A DNA stretch of 64,000 nt, taken from Octopus vulgaris (lineage: Eukaryota). Below are positions 1 to 13,839 of this stretch, in pieces. The notes under the pieces were generated by a model. That model was not told the DNA's origin. It ran no database searches and saw only the letters and a list, made by a program, of their open reading frames with translations. The translations under genes were made by a program, and so were the position numbers. The stretch covers positions 73,966,001 to 74,030,000 of the forward strand of contig OX597828.1 of the NCBI GenBank assembly GCA_951406725.2, in the 5' to 3' direction. How positions within the stretch are numbered: the stretch's first letter is position 1; every line of letters starts with the position of its first letter.

Positions 1-77
1 ATTGCAGGGTGGATTATGTAATCTACATAGCTGGAATACCTTGGGATTAGTCAGAATTTCAAGAATAGAGGGATGAA

Positions 78-84
78 CAGATAA

Positions 85-145
<61 letters not shown>

Positions 146-226
146 AAGATAGATAGATTAGTAGACTGATGTGTAACGTAAATATGGTGTGCGTATATAA
201 GTTCACACGCACGCACACACACACAG

Positions 227-275
<49 letters not shown>

Positions 276-500
276 AGCACATAGACATGTATATATATAT
301 ATGTATATGTATTCGTATGTGCATAGTGAGAGTGCTTTGTTTACGTGGATTGTTTGGTAACTTGAGAATTTAATTCGTATCTTTAGTTCTCAAAATCTCG
401 CTTGTCTAAAAACTATCTTTATTTGTGTGTATAAATTCTGGGTACATCAGCTATTTATAAATATACACGCACACATTCACATACATATTTAGCTATATAT

Positions 501-567
<67 letters not shown>

Positions 568-681
568 CAACACATACGTACATATATATGTAAATAAACA
601 TAGACGTATTTATGCATATGTATATATACGTACATGTATATATAGTCATGTGTGTACATATATAAGCCATATATATGTCTG

Positions 682-728
<47 letters not shown>

Positions 729-911
729 TTATATATATGCACATATACACATACGCCTATGCATATATATATCTATACACTCATATATACACATATGTAT
801 GAAGAAATATCTATGTATATATAAATCTAAGTATACATTCACACACACACATATATATATATATATATACATATATACACATGCATACGTATGTTTGTGC
901 GCACATGCATG

Positions 912-943
<32 letters not shown>

Positions 944-1354
944 TGTATGTATGTATGTATGTATGTAGTATGTATGTATGTATGTATGTATGTATATGTG
1001 TGTATGTATGCATGTATGTATGTATGTATGTATGTATGTATGTATGTATATATGTGTGTATGTATGCATGTATGTATGTATGTATGTATGTATGTATGTA
1101 TGTATGTATGTGTGTTTGTATGTATGTATGTTTGTTTGTATGTATGTATGTATGTATGTATGTATGTATTGTTAGATAACTTAAAACTAATAACATGCGC
1201 GTCAGTAAATACACTTCACAATTATTTTGATATACACATATGTCATACATATACCATATATACATACATAAACTTATATACACATGTATCTATGCGTATA
1301 TAAACATAAATGTATAAACACATATTTGTGTGCGTATGTAATCTGTTATACATA

Positions 1355-1392
<38 letters not shown>

Positions 1393-1476
1393 CATATATA
1401 TGTATGTATGCATATATGTATGTATGTATGCATGTATGTATGTATGTATATATTATCAGCATCTGATATACATAGG

Positions 1477-1540
<64 letters not shown>

Positions 1541-1680
1541 CATATATATATATATATATGTATGTATGTATGCATATATGTATGTATGTATGCATGTATG
1601 TATGTATATATTATCAGCATCTGTTATACATAGGTATGCGTATATATAAATATATATATATATATAATCAACATCTTTTT
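78..1680. repeat. Compound microsatellite field: (GATA)n, (CA)n, (TA)n, (TATG)n
   Basis: (GATA)n 78-158, several (TA)n tracts and (TATG)n ~915-1168 are directly visible. A higher-order unit 'tattatcagcatctg.tatacataggtatg' recurs at ~1450 and ~1610. Confidence 0.95.
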
Positions 1681-2729
1681 TATCTTTCTCACTTCACTTC
1701 TTTTAACATCATATTCTGCTAAAATCCTCTTAAGATGACTATTGACTGATAATCTTATGTATGAGCATGTAGGTACGTCTGTATGGATGTATGTGTGAAC
1801 GCATGTGTGAATGTATTTGTTTAGTGTTTGGCCCGACAGCTCTATAATCTGTTTGCAATGCTATCTCCGATAAAACAAAATGCTTGTACGGACGACGCTA
1901 TGTAAACGTGGACGATCTTCCCGAGTTGTGTTTAAAAGGAAATTCTGCAGAACACGGCAATTTTTGCTCCTTGTTTGTATTGTTATATCTTCAATCTATC
2001 GTTTGATTTATATCATCTACGTCAATTTATTAATGTTGGACAAACATTCTTCTTTAACCAAGAAATAAATGTCAGAACTAAAGATAAATCGGATTTTTTT
2101 TTCTCTCTTCTAATCATAGTCAACCATAACTACTGACCTTTGCGTAAATTAACTGTAATCTGTATTCTACTCACTTTACGGAATTGTTTGCTGCGAGATA
2201 ATGCCGAGCTTAGAAAAATATTGAAGTTAGTTATTTACGTAGACAAGTTCTGTCTGAGACGTCCAACAGTCTTCGCAGTGGAATTCCTTCCACTCACAAA
2301 AAGATGGAACTTATTTAGACATGGCAAATGATTTCAAAGTTATTCAAACGGCTTTCTACATACATATTTGCATGCACAAATACATAAACACACACACAGA
2401 CATATACATATGTGTGTATAAATGTGTGCGTGTGTGCGAGCGTGTATGTACGTATATGAATATGTAATTATGTGTGTAGACATAGATATACATACCTATG
2501 CGCGCGCGTGTGTTTAAGAAAATGTTTTTTGCAAAGAATTATTGAAACATTCACAATATTTGCAGAAACATTTTTATTTTTTGTTTTTAATTAAAAGTTA
2601 TTAATTTTATAACAAGAAATTTACAATACGAAACTCAGAATAACACAAGCGATTTGCTATGAAGTGTTTGTATTGCGTTTGAGTGCTTCAGACGTTTACA
2701 GTTTTACAAACAGGCGTGTTAGGAGGGGG

Positions 2730-2735
2730 ATAGAT

Positions 2736-2776
<41 letters not shown>

Positions 2777-2821
2777 CAGACAGACGGACAGGCGGAATTT
2801 AGGACAGACAGACAGACAGGC

Positions 2822-2918
<97 letters not shown>

Positions 2919-2958
2919 CATAGATAAGATAGATAGATAGACAGACAGACAGACTGGC

Positions 2959-3052
<94 letters not shown>
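2730..3052. repeat. (GA)n/(GACA)n/(GATA)n microsatellite
   Basis: Directly visible tandem tetranucleotides. Confidence 0.95.
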
Positions 3053-3053
<1 letters not shown>

Positions 3054-3451
3054 GATCCCTCATTCTTACTGGTTTTATCGCGCACACTGACATTAATCAA
3101 TGGCATCTCTGCATCCCCGCACGCTGATGGAATGTCATCGCATATGCTAATTGAGCCATTGCTTGGACGCTGACACTCGACACTATTCCGGGTCAGAGTA
3201 GACTTAGGATAAGAAGCAGTACCATATGTCTCAAAGCATCGCAACCGCCAAACCACCAGAGTTCCTCTACAAGATGAGGTTTCAAGTCAGTTCCCAGATA
3301 TATACCTACCTACCTACCCACCCACCCAGCCACCTACCTACCAACCTACCTACATACCTACATACGCTTATACATAACTATACATATAAGCACATGTACG
3401 TATCTATCTACCTAACTACCTATCTGTCTGTCTATATATACATATATATCG

Positions 3452-3750
3452 TGGTATTGACCGGACTATCAGATATTACTACATACACATCGCTAGTCAC
3501 AATGCGCTTCGCATTGTTTCTGCTTTCGAATGACGTCACCCGGCTGGCGAGCAGGCCAACATTCCCACCCCCTTTATCAGAACCCTATTCCGTCGCAGGG
3601 TGACCCATTAACAGTTGGGTGGACTCGACAAACCTGTATCGAAACGTTTTGCTCAATAACAAGAACACAACCCGCCACCCGGTCCGGGAATCGAACCCAT
3701 AGTCTAGCGATCATGAATGTATGACCCTAACCACTAGGGTATTGCATTCA
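3452..3750 (-). mobile_element. tRNA-derived SINE (family C)
   Basis: Minus-strand head has an A-box-like 'ccctagtggttagg' and a B box 'gggttcgattccc', then 'gttgtgttcttg..gagcaaaac'. A related degraded copy lies at ~35610-35820. Confidence 0.7.
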
Positions 3751-3852
3751 CGTTAGCTAGACCATGGGCTCGATTATGCATGTTTGTATGTATGTATATA
3801 CGTATGTATTCTGTTACTTGTTTGTATGTATGTATGTGTGTGTATATGTATA

Positions 3853-4250
3853 CTCTTTACTCTTTACTCTTTTACTTGTTTCAGTCATTTGACTGCGGCC
3901 ACGCTGGAGCACCGCCTTTAATCGAGCAAGTCGACCCCGGGACTTATTCTTTTGTAAGCCCAGTACTTATTCTATCGTTCTCTTTTTGCCGAACCGCTAA
4001 GTGACGGGGACATAAACACACCTGCATCGGTTGTTAAGCAATGCTAGGGGGACAAACACAGACACACAAGCACACACACATACATAGATATATACATATA
4101 TACGACAGGCTTCTTTCAGTTTCCGTCTACCAAATCCACTCACAAGGCATTGGTTGGCCCGGGGCTATAGCAGAAGACACTTGCCCAAGATGCCACGCAG
4201 TGGGACTGAACCCGGAACCATGTGGTCGGTTAGCAAGCTACTTGCCACAC
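3853..4250 (-). mobile_element. tRNA-derived SINE (family A) with internal microsatellite
   Basis: B box 'gggttcagtccc', 'cttgggcaagtgtcttc', an internal (TA/TG)n tract and a tail 'tgactgaaacaagtaaaagagta'. Homologous to 31270-31736, 50621-51100 and 63015-63180. Confidence 0.85.
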
Positions 4251-4580
4251 TTGTATGTGTGCATTTGTTTGTATGTATGTATGTATGTGTGTGTATATGT
4301 ATGTACGTATATCATTCTATTTATGATGTAAATATATACATATAGACATACATATGTCTGTGTGTGAATATGCATTAATATAGCGAAATTGCTGGATTAA
4401 AGATCAGAGAACGCATAAATCCATTCAGGACCCGCATAAGTTAAATATGGCGACAGAGTAACAGTTGTAGTTCACAGATTTAACTTTTAGCAATGAAGCC
4501 CTTCTTTTGCCAATTCATTTGATAGTTGTTGCGAAACAAATTATTTTGAATCAGTTATAGGAAGTTGAATTATTTCAGAA

Positions 4581-4977
4581 CTAGCAGTATCGCCCGGCGT
4601 TGCTCGGGTTTGTAAGGGAAATAACTATATAAGCATTTTTAGAGAGTTATAGCCAAAAAATAGCAAAAAAATGCATTGAAAATGGAAAACAAATGATGGT
4701 AAATTTTTTTTTTTAATCGTTGACTCATCGTAGACATGTTTAGAGAGTTACTTCCCTTATATAATAGCGAAAAAATGCATTAAAATGGAAAAAAATGATG
4801 CTAATTTTTTTTAAATCGTAGACTCATCGTAGACGCGCGCTTATACCCAGAAGGGCTCGATATGAATCACGACTATAAGATGCCCGGTTTTGGTTAAACT
4901 GCACCGCAAAATGTGGGAGTAGTTAGGAATCTAAATCGTAGGAGACTGACACACAACCTTACTTTTATATATAAAGA
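4581..4977 (-). mobile_element. Non-autonomous Helitron
   Basis: On the minus strand it has a 5' TC start, a GC-rich subterminal hairpin (CCCGAGCAACGCCGGG, 4593-4608) and a 3' CTAG end. It is inserted between A and T with no TSD. The terminal ~120 bp are shared with 33232-33609. Confidence 0.85.
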
Positions 4978-5099
4978 TATATTTGTGAATTCGGTTCTTT
5001 AGAAGTTGATACTTAACAATCAAAATAATTTTTTCGATATTTGACGCCAAAGGTGGATGACCATGAATAGTTCTTTGTGATGATTTCAGGTATTGTCTG

Positions 5100-5345
5100 T
5101 GAGTGTGTTCATCGATTGGCCAGTTGTTGTTTTGTTGTTGTCCGAGCTCCTCGGGATCGAAGTTTTCGTTTTGAGGTCCCAGCTGTCAATTGGTCAGCCA
5201 CCATTTCCACACACTACGAGTCGTTCTGATCGTGCGCAATTTTGGACTCGGCATTACGTCCATACATCCTCATAATCCTTGCAGTTTTGCTGTGAATTTG
5301 CGAACCACAACAGAGAATTTAACTTCAATCATTTTTTCAAATTCC
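5100..5345 (-). mobile_element. Possible highly degraded mariner transposase N-terminal relic
   Basis: Fragmentary minus-strand peptides (..YGRNA.., ..SVWKW..) resemble the mariner HTH region. No intact frame or TIR was found. Confidence 0.2.
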
Positions 5346-5966
5346 TGACCCCGTGGCCACGCGGTTTATTTTCGGCCTGGCATCGTTTTAAGATTGGTGA
5401 ACGACAACTAAACTCTGCTCAGCATCAATATTGATGATGTTTTGCCAATCATCAATATTTTGGAACTGACCGGCAATGTGTGGAACTAATCGACAATATT
5501 GTAGAAATTTGGTTAAGGCTCCAGACATGAATTTATCTCAGCTTTAGCCATTTTCATAACTTCGAAACATCTGACCAAACATTAAACTTCCATTAGAGAA
5601 AGAAGGTGAAAGGAAAAACTTGTCAAATTAATTAAGGCCTTGGAATTTACACCATTTACTAAATTCTCTGTAATCGAATTAAGAACCAGTGTTGCGTCCA
5701 GGTGTCTTTGGCAACCTCGAAGTTGTGCAAAATGTTCCCAGAATGTTTATAGGTGTATTGCTCATTTGCAAAACTATAGGCCATATTATTTATGCTTCTC
5801 CAACGACAAGATAATGGCTTTTATTATACTCTGCCAGCAGCAAATGGGTTTGTTTTCGTCTTTCATTTAGCGGAGACCCTTTATTTGAATGTCTGGTTGG
5901 TTTCGTCTTCTTTCTGTACGACTTGTGCAACTTTTGTAAGTTCATTCATTATAGTTATCGATGTTT

Positions 5967-7208
5967 GAATTTTGGATTCCAATTACATTGGGGGAAATAT
6001 CAATGTTTGAAAATTTGGGTAAAATGCTAAGAACACAGAATAAGGGGCATCGGAATGCAAGCTAAAGAAGAAAGAATCAAGGAAAATCGAAAAAAATAAA
6101 TAAAATAAAGCTTAAGAATTAGAAATACTTCATTTCTTTTTCTGTCTTGAAAATTAATTTCTACGGACATTTTGGAAATATCTTATTGGTCAGTTGATCC
6201 CTAAGTGTAAATTTCGGACAAATTTTGTTCTCATTCCGAACTGTGCTTTGTACAAAAGTTGTAAAATTTTAGTTGCATTTTGGTAGGCAGCGTAACACGT
6301 TCTCCACGCAACAATGCCCCGCCCCTGGGTAGACTCAGTATAATTTAGCTTTCCAATTTTCTTAATCGAAATTCAATCTGTCAAGCCAACAATTTGTCAC
6401 AAAATTTCATCAAAATATTTTCGTTCGTCCATCATTTTGCCATGAATTCAACATCTTAAAGACATTCTTCTAATGTAATTTTTGCTTACATCTTTAAAAA
6501 GTTTTCTTCACTGATCATTTCTTGGTCAAAGTTTTGTCCGAATCACTGGCAAACCTACTCAAAGAATTGGCATTTGAATTTTACTTTGTCAGTTCATATT
6601 TAATCTCAAAGTTGTAAGCCATTAAAATCAATTCTTTATGGTATAGTTGATGGATTGTCATTTCTCGTAAGATATTTCACAATTAAATATCTTTTATAGA
6701 GATTTATATTCAATAAATAAACTTCTTCCCAAATAACTATTGATAAAATTTCTTAACTACTAATAATGGACCTAAATCTTTCTTTTCTAAGAATTTTGTT
6801 TCTCGCTTATTCTTGCAACAGGTTATTCTTGTCCGTTTTCTAATCTATACCTGAAGACAGGCACTTATTCTACTTTGAAATGCTTCACCTGTCATAATCA
6901 ATACTTTGTCTGATCACAATGATGTACCAAATTTTTCTTCACCAAAATCTTCTTCAAGAATTTGAGTTTTCCCGCATTCAACTTACCAAGAATAAACTTT
7001 TTTAAATTCCCTGTAGAAATTAAATTTTTAGAAGTATTCTAATTCTTTCAAAAGTTTTTTTTTTTTCTTTTTTCGATTTCGGCAATTTTCAGTCTTCTTA
7101 ATTCTTTTTTTCAGCTTCGAATTCCAATATCAATTATTCTTTAGTCTAAGTATTTTGCTCAAATTTTCAAACATTGGTATTTTCCAAATGTAATCGGAAT
7201 CTAATTTC
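5967..7208. mobile_element. Old foldback/long-TIR element with ~200 bp diverged inverted arms
   Basis: 5967-6164 aligns by eye to the reverse complement of 7013-7208 (shared blocks 'gattcc.attacatt', 'caatgtttgaaaatttg', 'gaaatcgaaaaaa', 'aagaattag..atacttc', 'ttaatttctac'). Confidence 0.65.
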
Positions 7209-7353
7209 TTGAATTTAAAAAAAAACCTGCAAACAAATTCCTCTCATGTTTTTATCTAGTTTCTCCTTCCATCAATACATTATCTTTTAAGTTACCGTTT
7301 TATTCCAGCCACTACTCAACATATCGATGACTTTTTCATTTTGTGCGTGTGTT

Positions 7354-7677
7354 TGTTTTTTGTTCTTCTTTTTCTGGGGGAGTTGTTTCATTTTTTTTTT
7401 TCCTAAATATAGCTGGAACCAAATACAAAAATATCATATTGAGAGAGACCACATTAGGAGAAACTATCTGAAAAAACTAAAACATTAAGTTTTTCTTGTT
7501 TTTCATCGAATTCTATTGTTTTTTGTTCTTTTTCGGGGGGAGTTGCTTCATTTTTTTTCCTAAATATAGCTGGAACCAAATACAAAAATATCATATTGGG
7601 AGAGACCACATTAGGAGAAACTATCTGAAAAAACTAAAACATTAAGTTTTTCTTGTTTTTCATCGAATTCTATTGTA
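7354..7677. repeat. Tandem duplication, ~157 bp period, 2 copies
   Basis: 'cctaaatatagctggaaccaaatac...catcgaattctattgt' occurs at ~7402 and ~7559 with near identity. Confidence 0.95.
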
Positions 7678-8462
7678 AATAAGCGTTTGAAAGTTCGAGT
7701 TTTCTTCCTCTCAAAATATGCTATTTTTTTTCCTTGACATCAAAACAATTTATATTTTACATAATCTTTTGAGATTATCAAAGAATTGGACAATTTAAAC
7801 ATTTTAACATGATGTAAAGTCTCTATTCTGATCATGAAATATTTCCAGCGATCCATACCATAGCTAAATGTTTGAAACTTACCTTTCTCCATAAAATAAT
7901 CTGAAAATCTCTGTCCAGACACTCAAACCTCCAGGTTATGGCTTATTAAGAAATACACCATACAGAACAGCATTTGGTTTTAGACAAGAGGAAGGAAGAC
8001 AAAACAAACTTGTTTCAGAAGAATTCGAACTCAGATGCACCACAATGAATTATATCCCATGCTCTTACGATTCAGCCAATTCGCGGTCAAGAGAGTGAGA
8101 TGATGTAATGTTCAGGTCCACAGCCCTTTTCTCCACTTCTCCAACCACAGAAGCGCTCTGTCCACCTTGCAACTAGCAAGTGTGACAGGTAACCTTACAA
8201 CAAGTATGAGGTAAGCCGGTAATGGCATGCAGAGGCCTTCATCCAGCTGTGGACGGACAATGGCTGAAATGCTAATAGCAGTTTAATTAAAATGAACCAG
8301 CTGTAGACAGAAATCATAACAAACGTTAGTTGTGTTTAATACAGGGAATGAGGGTCACGTGATTGTCGGAAGATGGAGTGTATTTGATTCGGTTGGACGC
8401 TCAAATGACTGACCCCGAATCTGTCAACGAGAAAGAGGAGAAGGTCCTTCCTCATTTTTATC

Positions 8463-8928
8463 TACAACTACTACCACTTTAGCTATCACTACTACTACTA
8501 CTACTTCTACTGCTGCTGCTGCTGCTACTGCCACTACTACTGCTACAACTACTACTACAACTATTGCTGCCGCTACTACTGCTGCTGCTGTTGTTGCTGC
8601 ATCTATTCTACATTTTTCCTTTTCCTTCTCAACAGTTTTCTTCCTAATCTTCTTCCTCTTCTTATACATCTTTTCCGTGTTCTATTCCTTCTTTCTTTAT
8701 TTCTTTCTTTCATCCTTCATCTTCTCTTTTTATTGTCTCTTTTCCTTTTTTGTAGTATTTATCTCTTGCATTCTTCTTTTTCATCTTTCTCTTTGTGTTT
8801 CTTTCGCATCTTCTTTTCTGTTTCTTCATTTTCTTTTCTTCTTCTTCTTCTTCTTCTTCTTCTTCTTCTTCTTCTTCTTCTTCTTCTTCTTCTTCTTCTT
8901 CATCATCATCTTCTTCATCATCATCATC

Positions 8929-8999
<71 letters not shown>

Positions 9000-9058
9000 T
9001 TCTGTTCTGCAGTTTCTTCTTCTTCTTCTTCTTCTTCTTCTTCTTCTTCTTCTTCTTC
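8463..9058. repeat. Trinucleotide microsatellite complex (CTA/CTG, CTT, CAT)
   Basis: Directly visible. It is the source of the poly-S/F/H/L pseudo-ORFs. Confidence 0.95.
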
Positions 9059-9479
9059 TCCGTTTCTCACGTAAACTAAAACAGCACATTCCTTCTCCAT
9101 TCACTCCTAATTCTTTTCTTCCCTTAGAATTTTCTTCATGAAACTCATTCGTCTCCGGTATCCTCTTACAATTATTTATACACGTCCAAACACACAACCT
9201 CCTCCCTCCTCCCCTCTCACGTTTGTCTTTCACTCCTTCCTCTTCTCCCACTTTTGTTATTGTTGTTGTTTTTCTTCTTCTCCTGCTTCTCAGTCATTTC
9301 TTTCCCTCGTATTCTCCTATTTACACGCCACCACCTACCTTCCATTTAACCATACAAATACAACGAAAGGAACGCATTTCAAAAGATTAACACGCGGAAT
9401 AAACAGAGAAGAAAATCCAGCTCACTCATTCACTCTCTTACTCTCTCATCCTCTCAATCATTATTACTCTCATTCACTC

Positions 9480-9513
<34 letters not shown>

Positions 9514-10526
9514 GCACACACACTCTCTCTCGCTCACTCCTTCACCTACCCGCTCACACACCTATTCGTTCACTCGTTCACTCACTCCCACTTCCTTACG
9601 TTTGTTCACTCACTCGTTCACTAAATCGAGCATTCAATAATCAATCACTCATTCCCATTTACAGAATCTTCCCATTCATTTACACAACGTCCATTGACGT
9701 GAGCGATCGCTGTCTCCTATTTATTCATCGATGCGTCAGCGATTCTGCGCTCTTCGCGCTTCCGTTGCTTCGACATTGTGAAAGATTTAAACCTGAGATG
9801 ATTCAAAAACATTTCTCGTTAAATGAAGAATATTCTTAAATCGCTTAAAATGAAAAATCTGGTTGACTAGCATCACTAAAAGTAGGAAGTATTCTTGGCC
9901 TTTCCAGCAAATCAATTAGCAATCCAATACATTTAATTTTAAAAACCATCTGGATAAATTCTTTACATCTTCATTAAATACGAACATTATAGAAAAACGG
10001 TGGGGGTGGTCAGACGGAGAACAAAATAAAGACGATATTGAATTCCATAAGCTGACCACCAAAGTAAAAGCCACAACTAAATATTCAAAACAAACGATGA
10101 CCAACACTGTTGATAGAATAGTTCTGGTTGAGTGAAAATACCAATTCTCGAAGCCATTTTGGGTTAATTTCAAAGTTATGAAAATCTTCCGAAAGATATC
10201 AAAAGATTTTTGTCTTGTAATGAACAGTTTGGAACACATTGCAGTTTTCTTTGAATATAAGCTGCAGTTCTTAGCGTCTGTCCGTCTGTCCGACTGTCTC
10301 TATGTCGGTTGGGGCGTATGTCTGTCTGTTGGTCTATCTTTTGGAATGCATTTATGTCTATATATTCATGTATGCTTGTTTGTAGGTCTATGTGTGTGAC
10401 TGTCTGTGTGTCAAGCGATCGGTTTATCTGCGTAATTTTCCAGGTGAATTTTGTTGTCCGTCCGTGCGTCTGATTTGATATGAAAGCGAAAACGAGAGGG
10501 GATAAGAGGTAAGAGGGATTGCAAAA

Positions 10527-10528
10527 GT

Positions 10529-10592
<64 letters not shown>

Positions 10593-10958
10593 CGTTGTTG
10601 TTTATGTTGTTATTATTCATGTTAAAGAAGAAGAAAAAGAAGAAAAAGACAAGAAGAAAAAGACAAGAAGAAGAAGAAGAAGAAGAAGAAGACAAGAAGA
10701 AAAAGAATAACAACAACAACAAAAGATACAAGAAGAAGAAGGAGGAGAGGAGGAGGAGGAGGAGGAGGAGAAGAAGAAGAAGAAGAAGAAGAAGAAGAAG
10801 AAGACAAGAAGAAAAAGAATAACAACAACAACAAAAGATACAAGAAGAAGAGGAGGAGGAGGAGGAGGAGGAGGAGGAGGAGGAGGAGGAGGAGGAGAAG
10901 AAGAAGAAGAAGAAGAAGAAGAAGAAGAAGAAGAAGAAGAAGAAGAAGAAGAAGAAGA
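10527..10958. repeat. (GTA)n plus (GAA)n/(GGA)n purine tract with internal ~112 bp duplication
   Basis: 'gacaagaagaaaaagaataacaacaacaacaaaagatacaagaag' occurs at 10691 and 10803. Confidence 0.95.
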
Positions 10959-11515
10959 GTTTCCGACACCGTCCAAACTGATCGCAATTTTAATCAAATT
11001 TTTACCTTGATACATGTGAAAGTGCATTAAAAACAGACTTTCCGCGTTTGATGTAGAAACAAATGATAAATTATTGATTTACAAGTGTGACGCTGTTTCC
11101 TTTGAAAATACGCCATTTTGCGTTTCCTTCAGAGCAGTAAAATATACAACACACTTCATTTAATACAGGAAATCTAATAAATATTATAATATAAAGTCCG
11201 TCTATTACTTGTAGCTTTATCTCCATCTTTATCGTCACTGTCGAAAGTTTGACTGTCGAAAGCAAACTATAAGACTTCTATTAGTTACTCCTTCTAAAAG
11301 ACTTCTCAACAAGTTCTTGTAAATTTGGTAAACTTCTTGATTGGTTATGTCTCGGAGAAGAATAACATTATATAGTATCTGCTTTTGTATTAACGCCATC
11401 GACGGAGAGGATGTTAATATGGAACGCGAATTTAATTGGTGTTGGAACCCTCATACATAATATGTGTGTATACGCGGATGCTGGTATATGTACATGCATG
11501 TATGTATGACATCGT

Positions 11516-11559
<44 letters not shown>

Positions 11560-12409
11560 CGCATGCACATGTATATATCTATAAAAGTATTATTTTTAAG
11601 TCTCAGTCCGTTAAAATGTACATGGATACTTCAAAATATATAGCAACCCTTCAATGGGTACCCCAGAATAGCTGCAGTCTAATAACTGAAACAAGTAATA
11701 GTAGAAGAAAAATTATATATATATATATATCATTATATTATGAATTCCTTACATTCATATTCATATTAAAATTTATGTTCATAAAATGTCTTTCCCATGT
11801 TGTATTGAAACAATCGTAACTAAAGTATTAAGATTAATACCAAAAATTCCTGTCATTTTTTAAATATATCGAAACTCTACGACTAAAGTACTTGGTCATT
11901 AATATTTCGTCTTGTATGAATAGTTTTCTTAGAGATAAACCATCTCTATATATACGATTGATAACCGGTATTCGCAGAAGTGTTTTCTTACGACACAGAT
12001 CGGATTTTAATGCCTTTTATATAATGTATTGACATAAAATTATCATAAAATCATCATGCCACACTAATAATGAACATAGCGGAACAAAACTGGCCATCTC
12101 TTGTAGACTACACAGAAGGCTATTGGGTTGATTGTACGTGTAATAGAGGTCTATGCTTGCCACACAGTGTGTCACCCTGATTCCATCTGAGAATCATAAT
12201 AAGGACGCATGAGGTATTTCAGTTGATGGAAAACTAAACATTCATGGTTTCATATTCTGGCCGATATCTTGTTGTTGTTGTTCGCAGTACTGGCGACGGC
12301 GGCTGCAGCGGAGGCGACGCTGGTGGGGGTATTTTACCCCAGACTAGATTCAATAAATTTGAAACATGTCCACATTAGTCTTCCTTGGTTGCTTGCTGGT
12401 GTAATTGGT

Positions 12410-12595
12410 TCCAAATTTTGGCACAAATCTAGCAATTTGAGGAGATGGGTAAGCCAATCGTATCAACTCCAGTGTTTAACTGGTACTTATTTAATCGACC
12501 CGAAAAGCTGAAAAGTAAAGTCGACCTCAGCGGGATTTGAACACCGCTAAGCATTTTGCCGGGCGTGCTAGCGTTTCTACCAGCTCACAGCCTTA
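12410..12595 (-). mobile_element. SINE family B, degraded monomer
   Basis: Matches the head 'ggc..gagctgg.agaaacg.tagcacgcc' and body 'gaggtcgacttt..ggtcgattaaataagtaccagtt' of other family-B copies. Confidence 0.75.
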
Positions 12596-13490
12596 TTTGC
12601 TAGTTAATTAACAAAGAAAAAAAAACAACCGGTCACCTCATGATTATTTTTTACTAACCTTTTCAAGCTCACAGTATTATATATTGTATCACTGACTTGG
12701 CTATTGTTTTCCATGTGAATGGTGGCCCTGAGTAATATTATCACAGTAATTTATACTGACAATATAATTGGAAATGGAATGAAAAATTTTTTTTGGCTGA
12801 TGAAGAAATTTGCGTTTGCCACCATAATGACTTGTTTTCTGTTTTCTTAATCTCTCGTTTCTCTGAATTGCTTTGCCTATATTCTCTTCATCACTCATTC
12901 TGAACTAGACAAATATAGTTTATCATCAATCTTAGCGTAATCATTAGTTAATCAATTCATTTAATTTCATTCAATTTAAATCCATTCAATCTAAATCAAT
13001 GTAAAAACACTGAGAAGACAACAAAGAAAAGCAAAACAAAATGTCGTCAATCGAAACACAATAACATTCTGTTTTTACTTCCGGTCAATTTAAAAACCTA
13101 ATAGAGCGACGAACGATTTGTGGATTTTTCACTTTTCTGATCAACTTGGCACGAAAGATAAAGAATAACAATAGCATCCGTGAAGAATGGCAAACGGAAA
13201 GATTGCTTTAAGAAGTGACAAGAACAAATTGAAATTTTCTAGGGGTTCATTTGTATCAGAAAAGTACACCCCAGAGATATCTTTCGTGAAATGGAAACAA
13301 ATTTATTTAGATTTCTTTCGAGCCAATCGGATTGTCATCTCGTTTTTCTTTTTTCTACAAATGTTGAAAACACGAAAACACTTGCTTTAGTCATATGATT
13401 AGAATTGTTTGCGAGTTTATAAACAACATATGCAAACACACATACACATGTACATATACGTATGTATCTATGTATGTATATATGAGTGTA

Positions 13491-13527
<37 letters not shown>

Positions 13528-13534
13528 GTGTGTG

Positions 13535-13716
13535 TATTAATTGTTGAAATTTACAGAAAAATAAAACACGAAGACAGGCGTATAAACAACAAGCAAGTGT
13601 ATTAGTTTGACGCTCGGGGAGATGAGAAAGTATTTTACGTTTCGAACCTATGCTCTTCAACAGAAAGGAACACGAGGAAGTAAACGGAGAGAGAAAAAAA
13701 ATGTAGATTTAGCGGT
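13535..13716 (-). mobile_element. Penelope-like terminal fragment with variant minimal hammerhead (13633-13666)
   Basis: Minus strand reads TTT-CTGTTGA-A-GAGC atag GTTC-GAAA-CG-TA-AAA, i.e. HHR topology with an A6->U core change. It is flanked by microsatellites. Confidence 0.45.
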
Positions 13717-13839
13717 AAAATATATATATATACATTTAAGGAGTAAATATTCAAAAGTGAATATCTATATAGATATTATTATTGTTATTATTATCTGCAG
13801 TAAAATAAATAGTTGATAATAACAGTAACAATAATATAG

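Noticed and set aside
2696-3256. ORF with unique-looking N-terminus ([10 protein letters not shown]...)
   Set aside because: It runs into (GATA)n, the unique part resembles a decayed interspersed repeat, and no protein family is recognisable.
3690-3750. tRNA gene-like A/B boxes in SINE heads
   Set aside because: No cloverleaf forms and the boxes are continuous with SINE bodies, so these are not tRNA genes.
8677-9251. Poly-His/Ser/Phe/Met/Lys ORFs
   Set aside because: Trinucleotide microsatellites that are open in several frames on both strands.
9916-10239. 107 aa hydrophobic minus-strand ORF
   Set aside because: No recognisable motif or clear splice signals, and the length is compatible with chance.
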